Source: Salpingoeca rosetta (taxonomy: Eukaryota; Protista; Choanoflagellata). Taken from it: a DNA stretch of 64,000 nt. The stretch covers positions 1,561,063-1,625,062 of the forward strand of contig JAWQFM010000003.1 in assembly GCA_033442325.1 (NCBI GenBank). The letters are read 5' to 3'. Shown here one piece after another: positions 48,974 to 62,765 of this stretch. A model generated the notes under the pieces. The model had not been told where the DNA came from, searched no databases, and was given only the letters and a program-made list of their open reading frames with translations. The position numbers and the translations under genes were made by a program. How positions within the stretch are numbered: position 1 is the first letter of the stretch; each line of letters opens with the position of its first letter.

Positions 48974-49772
48974 TCGTTCGTTTTCACTGGAATACGGTCT
49001 TTTGACGCGTGCATTTGGTTCTCAATAAAGCAATGTGACCGCGTCATGGAAGTTCGGCACTTGTGGAGTTCGTGTCGTGTACGGTGATGTCAAGGTGGAT
49101 GTTGGCTGGTGTCATCGTGTATCGGAGGCGTCGCGTGATGAAGGCGAGGCAAGCCGAAGGAAGCAGAAAAAAAGATAAAAAAAGGAGTCTCCAGGATATG
49201 AAATGGCGTATCCTAGTACAGGCTGCATCGACTCGCGGTCGATCCTGGTGTTATACACGACCAAGCCCGTGAAGACTGCTTCCCGTCATTGCTTCAGGGC
49301 AAACGGCTTCCACTGACACGCACACAATACAGAATGCGAAGAAAAAGAACAAATAACAAAAGGGAATGATGTTGGTCTGTTTGGTTCTTTTCCAACAGTT
49401 GTGCGGTGTTGTTCCAGCATCGCCTCCCCCCTCCAATGCCCAACACATAGATGCACATAAGCCTCCTCAAATCGTTCCCCGCACGACCATAATCTGCTGG
49501 TCCACAGACACAAACCTTACAAACATGGTGTAAAAGCACCGAAAAGAGAAAAAGGCCACAAACAGCTGCGGACAGCGTCATGAAGTTGTACAACGTTGAC
49601 TACTGCTACAATGAGTCGAGCTAGAACTTTGAATTCCACAGACATAAGCGGTCACCACCACAACGCACGACAGCAGAGAAAACGACAACCGAATCATCAA
49701 CCACCATCAATCACCAACACCATCACCAGCAGCAGCAGCAGCAGCACTGTAATCATTGTCATTGTCATTGCT

Positions 49773-50147
49773 CTATTGTCTATTGGACTCGGCTTGACCG
49801 TCTTCGTCATCAAACAGCCACGAAAACCGCGCCAGCTGGACGCAGAAGCGCGTGCCATCCACGCACTGCGGATGCGTGCTGTTGTGCGCTGACAACAGCT
49901 GCCACTCCAACACAGCAAATGGTCGCGTTTGCTCGAAGTGAAACCGAAGTGGAGCTGCTCGCTCTTCAAAGACGGCACCGGACCGAATATCCACCTGCTC
50001 CCACCGCTGCTCTTTCTCGTCTCGCTTGCCAACAACACGCCTGCAAGATGGACACACAAAGTGGCTGGATCGTGAGCAGAATGCAAACAAACAACAACAA
50101 CAAACAAACAACAACAACAACAAACAACTTAAACAACAACAACAAAC

Positions 50148-50183
<36 letters not shown>

Positions 50184-50197
50184 ACAAACAAACAAAC

Positions 50198-50258
<61 letters not shown>

Positions 50259-53200
50259 AACTTAAACAGCAGCAGTCGCTCACCAAGCGGCCGGGTCCAT
50301 GGCCCGTTCGTCGCCCGCAGGGGCCAGCTCATATCCGCTAACGCGACGCGCACCGCCAGAAAACACAAATCGCAGCGATGGCCGCAATTCAAGACCACCG
50401 CCATCATCAGGGGAGATGGCTGCTGGCCAAGATGCCTTCCAATGCGTCGACAGGCTCTCATCGAGAACGTTCATGGCGCCCTCGCTGCCGCGGATGTCCA
50501 GCGTACAGCACGTGCACAACTGCCCAAACGACGTCGACTCGCACTCTGCACACACGAAACACACGTGAGCACGCGAATCGTCATCCCACAAGCACAGCCG
50601 CAACCGAAGCACTCGCACGAAGAAATACACGCGAGCGCGGGACATGGCGTGTGCGTGCGTGTGTGCGCGTGTGCGTGTGATACAACGTGTGCGTAATGCG
50701 GTGATCACCTGGTTCACTCGGTCGCGCTGGCGTGAGATCAGTCAGCCGCAGCGCCGTCAGCTGGAGGCAGTCAACCTACCGCAGCAACGTGCAAGCACAC
50801 ACAAGCACGAGTCGCACACGTGCACCCCCAAGCGAGTCAGAACATGCGCAAACGCAAATTGGTAGACAGACAGACACAGACAGACAGACACAGACAGACA
50901 GACACACACACAGACACACACACACATACACACAGACACACACACACACACGCATGCGAGCAAAACCAGCAGACACAAGCGCATGTCGCTAGAAGCATGC
51001 AGGTTGACACAGCACCAATCCCGCAGAAGCAACGCACCTTGTGTGGGTTCACGACTTGCTTAAACACAAACACAAACGAGCGACACACCGCCATCATGGC
51101 CACCCTGCAGGAACACCACAACAGGAGATACACGTGAGCAGACGTGACCAACTACACGAAGCGTACGTGTGCTGCACACAATGCACTTTGATTGTGCAGT
51201 CATGTCACACATCGTGATACACTGCCAAAATAACACAATGCAACGACGGCCCAGTTAAACTCCAACCCCCTTCCGCTCTTCTGGCTACGGGTCTTTGCAC
51301 CTGAAGGCTTTCGCTTGCACTCGATCAGTGAAGACAGCGCCGTCGTTGCTGTGAATGACTGTCTCGACATCGTGCTCTCCGACACACACAACTTGCCTGC
51401 ACGCGCACGCACAGACACACATGGGTGAGACCAAGTGCGAGTGACAGCGCAAGGCCAAGAGCAATTCATCTGCACCCAAAGCATACAGCAGCCACCACCC
51501 ACAGACAGACAGACACAAACATGCACACAGACACGCACACACCCACAGACACAGACACAGACACACACGCACACACATGCACACACACACACACATGCAC
51601 ATGCACACACCTACACACAGACATGCACCCACTCCCCCCCTCACACACACACATACACGCACATACGTACCACGTGACGGGGTCACGGTTTGGCATGTCG
51701 TTTCCGGAGACGAGTTCATATTCGCGCAGCTGTGCGTACTGGCGTGGATAGAGGGCGATGGTGACATTTGCTGAAGGCGGAGCCTCGCCTGTAGTCGAGG
51801 TACGACGGTGCGATGTGGAAGTGATGAGTAGTGTGGAACAGGAAATCACAACAACGCATGACATGTGTAAACATGCACACACACACGCACACGCGCACAC
51901 ACACACACACGCAAACACACGCCACGCACACACACACACACACACGCAAACACTCTCGCAAACGTCCACACACACACATACACACACACACACCGGTAAA
52001 GTCGTGGTAGCCAAGCCACTTGGTGTCTGTGCTGCCGTCAAAGAGATTTTCGAGCGGCTCCATGTACGGTGACGTCAGCGGCGTTGAAGGCTGTCCTTGG
52101 ATCCCGTATTTGGCGCTCAGGAGGACTGCAGTGGACGTTCGTTCCAGCGGCACAAACGGAATGACAGCCTCCTCTTGCCCAAAATCTATCAGGGGTTAAG
52201 CGGGTGGGAGGAGGAAAGGCGAGAGACACACGCAGACGTGAGAGAAGCAGTTGTGATGCGCTCCAATGCGAATCAGAGCACGTGGAGGGGCTTTGTCAAC
52301 TCGCTGTTCCGCAACCACACAAGAATACGATGATGCTCGTCAGTGCGCATTGCACACGGGGGTGACATGGGCGTGGGGAGGAAAGAGTGACATACCGACG
52401 TATTGAGGATTTGGGTTTTTCTTCCAGGAGCCCTGAAACCCGTGGGTCACAAGCTGGTCTGACCACTCAAACGACGATGGCGGCTGCGCACGCGAAGGTG
52501 TGTTTGTTGGCGTGTGTCATGCGTTGTGTGTTGTGTGTCATGTTGTGTGCGTGCTGCGCTGCTTGACGCGTGTGCATGATGCTGAAGCGGCACCGCAAGC
52601 TCATTCCACACCGTGGGCAGACACTCACATACATGCACACATACATGCACACATACATGCACACACACATACATGCACACACGCGTGCACGACGAACTCA
52701 CAAAGTATCCTGCGCTGCCGACGGCAAAGGAGCGCATGGGCATCAGCAGCACATCACCAACTGGAGGAGTACAAGAAGGTGGTGGGGAGGGTGCGTAGAT
52801 GCATGCACGTTGATGCAAGCGTGTGAGTGACGTGGAATTGGTGCACGGAAGGAACAGGTGCTGGCAATTGTGCACCCACGTGCAGACACAGGCACAGGCA
52901 CAGACACACAGGTACAGACACAGACACACAGGTACAGACACAGACACACAGGCACAGGCACAGACACACAGGTACAGACACAGACACACAGGCACAGGCA
53001 CAGACACACAGGTACAGACACAGACACAGATACAGGCGCAAATACACGTACTGAGCACGTAGTTGTCTCGCAGTCTGTCGTCCGTGAACATTCCTTGTCC
53101 AAAAGCAACACCGTAGTGGTCATGGAGGTGACTCGTTACCGCATCGCTCCACACGGCAGGGCCCGTCAGCTTCACGGCGCTGCGGGCGAGTGGCAGTCGC

Positions 53201-54812
53201 GGGCACAGGCGGGCGCAGTCGCACTGACGGCGTGAGCTCGAACGGACTTGCACTGGCCAGATCCCTCGCACAGGTAGACACACAGACACACAGACACACA
53301 GACAGACACACACACACACACACAGACACACACCACAACCTCATGGTTTCGATGTCCGTGTCTGAGAGAGACTTGAAGTTCTCGTTGATGATGCCGATGG
53401 TGCGAGCGAAGATCTCATGTCCAGGTGCAGCAGCCATTGTCCACTGGCACCTGGAATCGGGGGAAACACACACCACCACACACACCGGAGAGACAATGAG
53501 GGAAGCAGAGGAAGCGGGGGGGGGGGTGTTGACGTGGCAATTGGGACAGGTGGCGACTTGCGCAGCAATTTAAGACGCAGCACAGGCGTCGCGCTATGGA
53601 GGAGAGAAGAAACAGCACCGCGAGCAACAGCAGGGTCATGGTGACGGCCTTCAAACCACCATAACAAGGTGCATTGCAATGGTGTGACATACATTTGATA
53701 CTGCCGAGAAAACCACTGCTTCCAGTCTGGCCGTTGCGTGATGATCTCAAACCCCACAATGACAGCTGCGCTGTAATGAATGTTGTGCTTCCTGCCATTG
53801 TTTGCGCATCATGGCGGGCATATGAGTAGGCACGAATGTAAAGGGGTGTGAGCATGACCGTGTACGTGTGTGCATGTGCGTGTACGTGGGTGTATGTGCG
53901 TGGATGTGGGTGCATGTGCGTGGATGTGATTCCTCACCATTACAACCGAGAAAGGCAAAGTTAGAGAAGAAGAAGCAGCAACAGCAACAGCAGCGAAAGC
54001 AAAGGAAAAGGGTCAAGAAGAAGAAGAAGAAGAAGAAGAAGAAGAAGAAGAAGAAGAAGAAGAAGAAGAAGAAGAAGAAGAAGAAGAAGAAGAAGAAGAA
54101 GAAGAAGAAGAAGAAGAAGAAGAAGAAGAAGAAGAAGAAGAAGACCTTTCTCACCCCACTCTCAAGCCTCACGCCACACGTACAGCGGCCAGTCGTCCAG
54201 TGGCGTCTGCAATGTGACATCAATGTCCGCGTAGTAGCCGCCCACATCGTGCAAGATGACGTAGCGGAAGAGATCTGCGCGGTGGATGGGCTTCATGCGG
54301 TTCCACGTGTTCACGAGGTTGGGGTGGTTCTTCTCCATGTATGCTGCAATGTCATCGTCCGTGTAGAAGCGATACTCGTAGCCCTTGTTCAGCCGCTGCC
54401 ACGATTCCACGCTCGACTGCGCCAGGTATGGCAACTCCTCGGTCTTCCACGTCTGGTGGATGATGCGCGGAATTTCCACCGGGCAGTGTTGACAGGCTTG
54501 CCCAGCAACAACGCTGCTGTTCTGCGGCTCCCAGTGTAACCTTGGCACGTTGCGTGGCCTGTCGTCTTCACCCTGCTCCTCGCTCGACCCGGGAAGAAGC
54601 AGCAGCTGCTTCAAACCTTCCTCCAGCGTGTAAGCTCGTTGCTGGTGGTGGTGGTTGTGGTGACGGTCGTGCATGTGCTGCGGCACGCCATCTGCGCCAA
54701 CCACGGTGTCCGCGGTACCCTGATACCTGCCCACAAACCAAACACCGACCCCCAACACTGCCAGTGTATACACAGCGCTCACCCCCACCAGCAACCACCG
54801 TGACGTCTGCAT
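49773..54812 (-). CDS. Och1-like GT32 (DxD) glycosyltransferase, type II membrane, fused to two tandem F5/8C-discoidin (CBM32-like) domains; about 14 exons
   Basis: TM segment, [31 protein letters not shown]...[53 protein letters not shown]. In-phase exons then encode [13 protein letters not shown]...[17 protein letters not shown]...FTDR...LQL and a second copy [11 protein letters not shown]...[17 protein letters not shown]...WEQVDIR...FEER...VQL; stop 49773. Confidence 0.82.
50085..50260. repeat. (AAC)n/(AAAC)n microsatellite in the last intron of the GT32 gene
   Basis: Directly visible. Confidence 0.92.
54016..54142. repeat. (AAG)n trinucleotide tract, about 42 units, in GT32 intron 1
   Basis: Pure AAG run; (CUU)n on the transcribed strand. 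Confidence 0.95.
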
Positions 54813-54948
54813 GGTCAGCGTCCGTCTCACTCGCAACACACCACAACACAACAACAGCACAACGCTGCTCCTTGCTTCTCGTCCGCTCGCCCGTCCTCCA
54901 ACAACAGGCGGACAGCGAAAATTACAGGAAAGCATACGCTATTTCTCT

Positions 54949-55287
54949 ACAATCACACTGCACACTGCGCACAACCAATACATCGCACGTCATCACACTG
55001 CACGAACGCCAACCATCAGCATGAGCGAAGACAACAAGAGCAGCAAGCGGCGGGGCTTCCGCTTCTCCATCGACCGTGGTGGCACGTTCACGGACGTGTA
55101 TGCGGAGCTGCCCAATGGCGAGCGCACGGTCATGAAGCTGCTGTCAGTGGACAGCGGCTACGAGGACGCGCCCACTGAAGCCATTCGACGCATCCTGGAG
55201 AAGGTGCGTGTGCTTCTTGTGTGTGCTTGTGTGTGCAGTCTGATGACGTGCGATGTATTGGTTGTGCGCAGTGTGCAGTGTGATTGT
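54949..55287. repeat. 55-bp inverted repeat (54949-55003 / 55233-55287, 54 of 55 complementary) enclosing oxoprolinase exon 1
   Basis: Left arm acaatcacactgcacactgcgcacaaccaatacatcgcacgtcatcacactgcac is the reverse complement of the right arm except for one base. Confidence 0.93.
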
Positions 55288-56221
55288 GTGCATGTGCATG
55301 TGCTTGTGTGGGGTTTGTCTGGAGAGCTGACTTTGTTGTTGCTTGTTGTTGCTTGTTGTTGTTGCTTGGTTTACTGTGTGGATGATGATACCAGCACACT
55401 GGCAAGCCCCATCCCAAAGGGGAGCCCATTGATACGAGCAACATCGAGTCCATTCGCATGGCCACCACGGTTGCCACCAACGCCCTTCTCGAACGCAAAG
55501 GGGAGCCCATTGCACTGGTCATCACCAAGGTGCGCTCCATGCTTCGCGTGCACTGTGCATGTGTGCGTGCAAGTGCGTGTATATGTGTGCTGAGTGTGTG
55601 CTGAGTGTGCAACCATTCCGTGTGCATGTGCCGCTGCGAGCGAGCTTGCACTGCCATGCGTGTGTGCCACGCAACAAGCCTGCCGCTCATTGTCTCACCG
55701 CGCACGACACTTGTTACCAACAGGGCCTGCGCGACCTGCTGCACATTGGCAACCAGTCGCGCCCAAAGATCTTTGACCTGAAGATTGAAGTGCCAGAAGT
55801 GCTCTACTCGCAGGTGTGTTGCACCTTCCATCCTGAACACCCTCTACATGTGCGAACAATGTAACAATGTGCTGAGACCATCACGCACACCATCACAAGG
55901 CCACGTCTGCTGGTTGCACCAATCACTTTCTCTTTGTCTCACACTTTGTTCCCTGCACGAACCACACGCGCCCTCCCGTCCGCGTATTCCCTGCACACGT
56001 GCGTGTGCGTGGTGTTGCACAACACACAGGTTGTGGAAGTGTCGGGGCGCGTCATCCTGTGCGAAGACGGCGAAATCGAATCTGTCACTGGCGAGCACCT
56101 GAAGGTAACGTTTGTGTGGTCTCACTGCCATTGTAATGAAAGCCCATGCCTCATATTTGCCACAGTGCAAGGTCATGCGTGCACACTCTCACAATCCATG
56201 CAATAGCTTAACAACATACTT

Positions 56222-56260
<39 letters not shown>

Positions 56261-57212
56261 GCGCACACACCACACACTCACAAACACACACACTCACACT
56301 CACAACCCAAACATGCACACACAACACACACGACCCTGGCATACGTTTGCAGGAGGAGAGGCCCCTTGATCTTGATGAGGTCCGGCGTGACCTGCAGACC
56401 GTGTACGACGCCGGCATTCGCAGTCTTGCCGTTGTGCTCATGCACTCCTACCTCCACAGCACACACGAGCAGCAAGTGGGCAAGATTGCGCAAGAGATTG
56501 GCTTTGAGCACGTGTCGCTCTCCAGCGAGGTGATGCAGATGTCTCGCATTGTTCCTCGCGGCTACACGGCCTGTGCAGACGCCTACCTCACCCCATGCAT
56601 CAAGCGCTACATTGCGTCATTCTCTTCCGGCTTCAAGAACAACCTGGAGGGCGTGAGCGTGCTCTTTATGCAATCTGATGGCGGCCTCACGCCCATGGAG
56701 AGCTTTGTTGGCTCGCGCGCAATCGTGTCTGGCCCTGCCGGTGGCGTTGTTGGCTATGCCCTCACCGCATACGACACCGACAAGAAGCAGCCTGTCATTG
56801 GGTTCGACATGGGTGGCACATCCACAGATGTGCGTGTTTTGAGTGAACCTGTGCCTGTGGTCTTTGTTGTGCACGGGTTGTAAGTGTGCTGCTTGCACGC
56901 GCATTGTGAACTGTATCCTCTGTGCGGCTGGTGATGTGTGTGTATATGTTGTACGCCTTGTGCATTTGTTCGTTGCGCCATCATACTGTTGTGGCTCATC
57001 CGCCATCTTTCCTGTCGTGTACGCTCAGGTGTCGCGATATGGCGGCGTGTACGAGCACGTGTTTGAGACGGTGCTTGCAGGCATCATGATCCAGGCTCCG
57101 CAAATGGACATCCAAACCGTACGTGCACTCCACCATCTCACCCGTGTCATCGCTCACCATGATGTTGGGTTCCATGCGAGACCAACGCTCGATTTAACAT
57201 CCAACCCAACAC

Positions 57213-57295
<83 letters not shown>

Positions 57296-60200
57296 CCACC
57301 CCAGGTTGCCTCTGGGGGCGGGTCGCGGTGTTTCTTCCGCAGCGGGCGGTTTGTTGTCGGCCCGGAGAGCGTTGGGTCTGAGCCTGGTCCCGTTTGCTAC
57401 CGCAAGGGTGGCCACCTCGCCATCACGGACGCTAACCTCGGTAAGGGCATGGTGATTGCGCGTGGGGATGGACTGCGGGTTGAACTGCGTGGCGATGTGC
57501 TGAGTTGTGGTCTGAAGTATGCACTTGACAGGCTTCAGCCTTCCCATTTACGTTTGCGTTCACGCAACCATTCCCACTGTGTGCGTGTGCAGTGACTGGG
57601 CGGCTGATCCCGGACGACTTCCCCAAGATCTTTGGTCCAAACTACGATCAGCCACTCGATGTTGACGCCTCCCACAAGGTGCTGCTCCTTGTTACACGTA
57701 TGTGTGTGTGTGTGCGTGCGTGTGTGTGCATTCTGTGAGCGTGTGTGTTCGTGCGTGAGCGTGCATGTGCGTGCGTGAGCGTGCGTGTACGACGCGTGCG
57801 CTCGAGCGTTGCTGTGGTGGTGGGTTGTCGCATTGCTTCTCACACGTGCTATCATGGCACATCACATCCTACTCGCGCCTGCTTTTGGTTTGTATTCCGT
57901 TGGCAGGCATTTGAGGAGCTGACCGAGGAAGTGAATGCGTATCTGAAGGAAGCGCAAGGCAGCAGCTTCAAGCCACTCAGCAAATATGACGTACGCAAAC
58001 ACTCTATCTTGCGTGGTCGTGCATGTTTATGAATGTTTGTGCGTTTGCGGTTGCATCCCTGTTTGCATTCCTGCGCGCGTGTGTGGTTTGACCGAAACAT
58101 TCTTGTACTGGTGGTAGAACCATGCCATGCATTCTGCACAACACTTTGGACTGCAATGGTTGTGCATGTATTCACACATTTCCACTCACAATTACCCCCC
58201 CCCCCTCGCATCCATCACCACCACCGCCCCCAACCACCTTGTCTTGCATCAGGTTGCGCTTGGGTTTATTCGGGTGGCAAACGAGGCCATGTGCCGGCCC
58301 ATCCGCTCTCTCACGCAGTCGAAGGGCCACAACATCGCCAATCACGTGCTGGCGTGTTTTGGCGGCGCTGGTGGGCAGCACGCGTGTGCCATTGCCCGCT
58401 CGCTCGGCATGACCCGCATCCACGTCTCAAAGTACTCTGGCATCCTCTCAGGTACCGCACGTCAGGGTCTGTGTGTGTGTGCGTGTGTGTGTGTGTGTGC
58501 GTGTGTGTGCGTGTGTGCGTGTGTGTGCGTGTGCGTGTGTGTGTGCGACACGAGTCTTGCCCCCTCCTTTCACACACACACACACACACACACACTCTCT
58601 CTCTCTTTGTGCCCCTTCCAACACAGCGTATGGGCTTGCCGCTGCGGATGTGGTGAAGGAGGAGCAGCAGCCGAGTGCCGCCATTTTCAAACCGGAGAAC
58701 AACGCATCCCTGTGGAAGACACTAGGCGAGCTCACAGCCAAGGCCGTGGATGCCTTGAAGGAGCAAGGGTTTGCCGACGACAAGATTGTTGGTGCGTTCA
58801 GCTCACATGATAGCGGTCGCAGTGGTTCTTGTCCGGTGGCAGTGCGTGCATACGCGTGCGGATCCGTGTGCACGTGCGTGCAGGTGTAGGCAGCCACCTG
58901 CCATGTCGCAAGCGTGTGGTGTGCTTGTCTGCCATGTCGCAGGCGTGTGGTGTGCTTCTCACCTCCACATTACACGCCGCTGCTGTTTCCTTTCACACCA
59001 CCGCGTATTGCTGCCAGTCGAGCCGTTCCTGAACATGCGCTACCACAAGACCGACTTTGCCATGATGATCTGCCCCTCTGAGCTCGTGCGCGTGTCCCCG
59101 CGTGTGGTTGAGGGCGAGGAAGAGCAAATTGGCCTCTTCCGCGAAGCATTTGAGCAGCGGTACAAGCGGGAGTTCAGCTATATCATCCGCGATCGCGACA
59201 TCATTGTTGATGACGTGCGTGTTCGCGCCACGGGGGTGACCGTCTATCCAAACATTGGCGCAGCCCACGAGCGTGACGGCCCGCTCAAGGTATGTGTGCG
59301 TCTGGTGTGCGTGTGGACGTGGAAGTGTGTATTTGGTGAGCGTGTGTGCGTGCGTGCTTGCTTGTGTGTCTGTGTGCTTCTGCGTTTGGTTGTGCTTTGC
59401 CTCACACGGACCGTCTGCAATCGTTTTCCACAATGATCACCACTACAACCTCTTTGTTACACCGCAGCCCCATCGCCACAACCCGGTTGTGTTTGATGAC
59501 GCAAAGCCTGTCGACACCCCCGTGTACAACCTTACGGACCTCTGTCTGAGCGATGAGGTTTGTGTGTGCGTGAGTGTGCGTGTGTGTGTGTGCGTGTGCT
59601 TGTGCGTGTGCTTGTGCGTGTGCTTGTGCGTGTGCTTGTGCGTGTGCTTGTGCGTGTGCGTGAGTGCGTGTGTGTGTGCGTGAGTGCGTGTGTGTATGCG
59701 TGAGTGAGTGTGTGTGTGTGCTTGTGCGTGTGCGTGTGCTTGTGCGTGAGTGTGCTTGCTTGTGTGTGCGCTTGTTCATCTTTGCTGCTAGGTGTGTACA
59801 ATGGAAACCTTACAGCGTGCATGCATCATGATGCGTCATGCGTGATCACGCATCACTTGCCTTTCCTCACCCCAACACCACCACCATCCTCCCTCATGCA
59901 CCCCATATCTCCCAAAGGTCCACGGCCCTGCTGTGATCTGTGCAGATACCAGCACCATCCTTGTTGAGCCAGACTGCACCGCCAAACTCCTTCCAACCGC
60001 AGACCTCGAAATCATCATCGGCGAGGGAAAGCCAAAGTGCGCCAGCAGCCATGCTCACCGTTGGTGTTGATGGTGGTGGTATAGTTGGGTGTTGTTGTGT
60101 CTTGTTGTGTCTTGTTGGGTGCTGTTGGGTGCTGTTGGGTGTTGTTGGGTGTTGTTGTGGTAATCGTTCTGTAACTGTGACTGTGAGCGGCAGTGCGAAG

Positions 60201-60989
60201 AAGTAAGATGGCGTTGGCGGAATGCTTCCAGTCTGGCTTTGGACCCGCATGTTTGCCCCTTCGCTTCCCCGCCCCCATGTACGCACCATATCACACCGAC
60301 TGACGCCCACAGCACTTGCAATTTGCGTTTGTCCCCTGCCGTATTGCAGGGATATCACGACAGAGCTTGATGTTGTGCACTTGTCTGTGTTCCAGCATCG
60401 CTTCATGACAATTGCAGAGCAGATGGGCCGCGCACTCGAAAACACAGCCATCTCAACCAACATCAAGGTGGAAGCGAAAGGAAAGCGAGCGACACACACG
60501 CAGAGTGTTGCACCCAGTGCAGTGTTGTGCCCTGTTTTGCTTTGCGCTGTTCATGTAACAATCCCTTCACGATCACACCGCCATCGCTTGTTCCATTCCT
60601 CTTCTCACGCGTTGCCACACTACACCATGCACACAATACGCAATGCACGCGATACACGCGATCCTGCTGTGCTTGCAGGAGCGGCTTGACTTCTCGTGCG
60701 CCATCTTCAGCTCGGACGGGCGCCTAGTGGCGAATGCGCCGCACATTCCCGTGCACCTTGGCGCCATGTCTGAGGCCGTCAAGTACCAGATCAAGTCTGT
60801 CAGCAACCTCAGCCCCGGCGATGTGCTCGGTACGTGTGCAAGGGGTGTTGTTTGGTGGTGATGGTGGTGATGGTGGTGGTGATGGTTCTGTTTGTGGTTA
60901 TGGCTGGCGTCAGGATTGTGCGTGGTGTGCACAGTATTGCCACTGTAAGCCCTCATTATGTGCGTATTTCATACACACACACACATACA

Positions 60990-61069
<80 letters not shown>

Positions 61070-62714
61070 CACGCACACGCGTTGCCCCTGTCCTCCCTCC
61101 CTCCTGTCAACGCGTCCAGTGAGCAACCACCCAGCCGCTGGTGGGAGCCACCTGCCCGACATCACCGTGATCACGCCCGTGTTCCGTGACGGCCACGATG
61201 AGCCGCTCTTCTGGGTCGCCAGCCGCGGCCACCACGCCGACATTGGCGGCATCACGCCTGGATCAATGCCTCCGACATCAAACTTGCTCGTGCAAGAGGT
61301 TCGTGTGCGTGTGTGCGTGTGTCTGCATGTGTGTGTGTGTGTGTCTGTATGGGTGTGGGCGTGCGTGTAATACTGCATTGCATGATGAGGGCCTCTCGTG
61401 TCTCGAAAATGTGCACGCGTGCATGCCGGTCCCTCGGGTCGCCATGTTTCCACGCCCCCTCAACCATCTCCCCCCCCCCAACACGATCATGGCAACAGGG
61501 CGCGGCCATCAAGAGCTTCAAGCTGGTTGAGCACGGCGAGTTTCAGGAGCAGGGCATCACAGATCTCCTCATGGAGCCAGCAAGTCAGTGGCCGCAACCC
61601 TTTTGTTTTGCGTTTCGTGTATATGGGAGAGGCGGGCTGAATGTGCACGTGTGCGCTGGTGTGCCCATGTGTGGTGGATGTGCGTGTGTGCACATGCATG
61701 CGAGCATGTGTTTACATGTATTGCGTGTTCACTACCCGAGACTCATCCTCTGTTCCTTCCTACGACGGCTGCGGTTTGCGGCTGCAGAGTATCCTGGATC
61801 GAGCGGGACCCGAAACCTCATGGAGAACCTCGCAGATCTTCGCGCGCAGGTTTGTGTGCATGTGTGTGTGTGTGCATGTGTGTGTGTGCATGTGTGTGTG
61901 TGTGTGTGCATGTGTGTGTGCATGTGTGTGTGCGTGTGTGTGTGCGTGGATATGCGTATGTGCGTGCATGTCCGTGTGTGCATTGTGTGTCTGGGGTGTT
62001 ACCAGTTGTTCATCGTGCATGGGTCGTTGCATGTCTTGGTCATCCGTCTCGTGTGCGGAAAGCAACCTGTCTTTTCCACCCTTTCCCCCCCTCACGTGTG
62101 TGCGTGTGCTGTAGGTTGCTGCAAACGCCCGCGGGATTGTGCTGATGAACGAACTGCTCGACGAGCACGGTGTCGAAGTGGTCATGGCGTACATGAACCA
62201 CATCCAGGTCAGCAGACTGCCGCGCAACATTCCGTGCCTCTTTGTGAGGGGGAGAGAGAGAGAGAGAGAGGGCTTGGTGGGCCATCTTTCCTGCTCGCCT
62301 GTTATGTTGTGTGTGCGACGTTTATGGTGTTGATGTATTCGTGTTTGAGTTTGTTGATTGTGTCTGTCTGTCTCACTTGCGCTCATCTCCACCCATCTGC
62401 GCATGTACGTCCTTGTCTGTGTGCATGTGTGCGTGTGTTGTTTTGTGTTGTGTATGGCAGGAGAATGCGGAGCTGTCTGTGCGCAATCTGCTGAAGGAAG
62501 TTGCTGAGGAGACGCAGGAGCTGTTCGGCACAAACGAGCTGCACTGCACAGACTTCCTCGACGATGGCACGCCAATCTGCCTCAAGGTGACCACTAACTC
62601 GATGGTTCAGTCCCGGCAGCCGCTGCGTTTCAGGAGTGTGTGTGTGTGTGCGTGTGCGTACGTGCGTGTGTGTGTGTGGTTGTGACAGGAATGATGATGA
62701 TGATGATGATGATA

Positions 62715-62765
<51 letters not shown>

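Noticed and set aside
49135-49316. Possible box C/D snoRNA (GTGATGA ... CTGA) between DIS3 and the GT32 gene
   Set aside because: No convincing terminal stem or recognisable rRNA-antisense element, and the length is atypical; would need a snoscan/Infernal hit.
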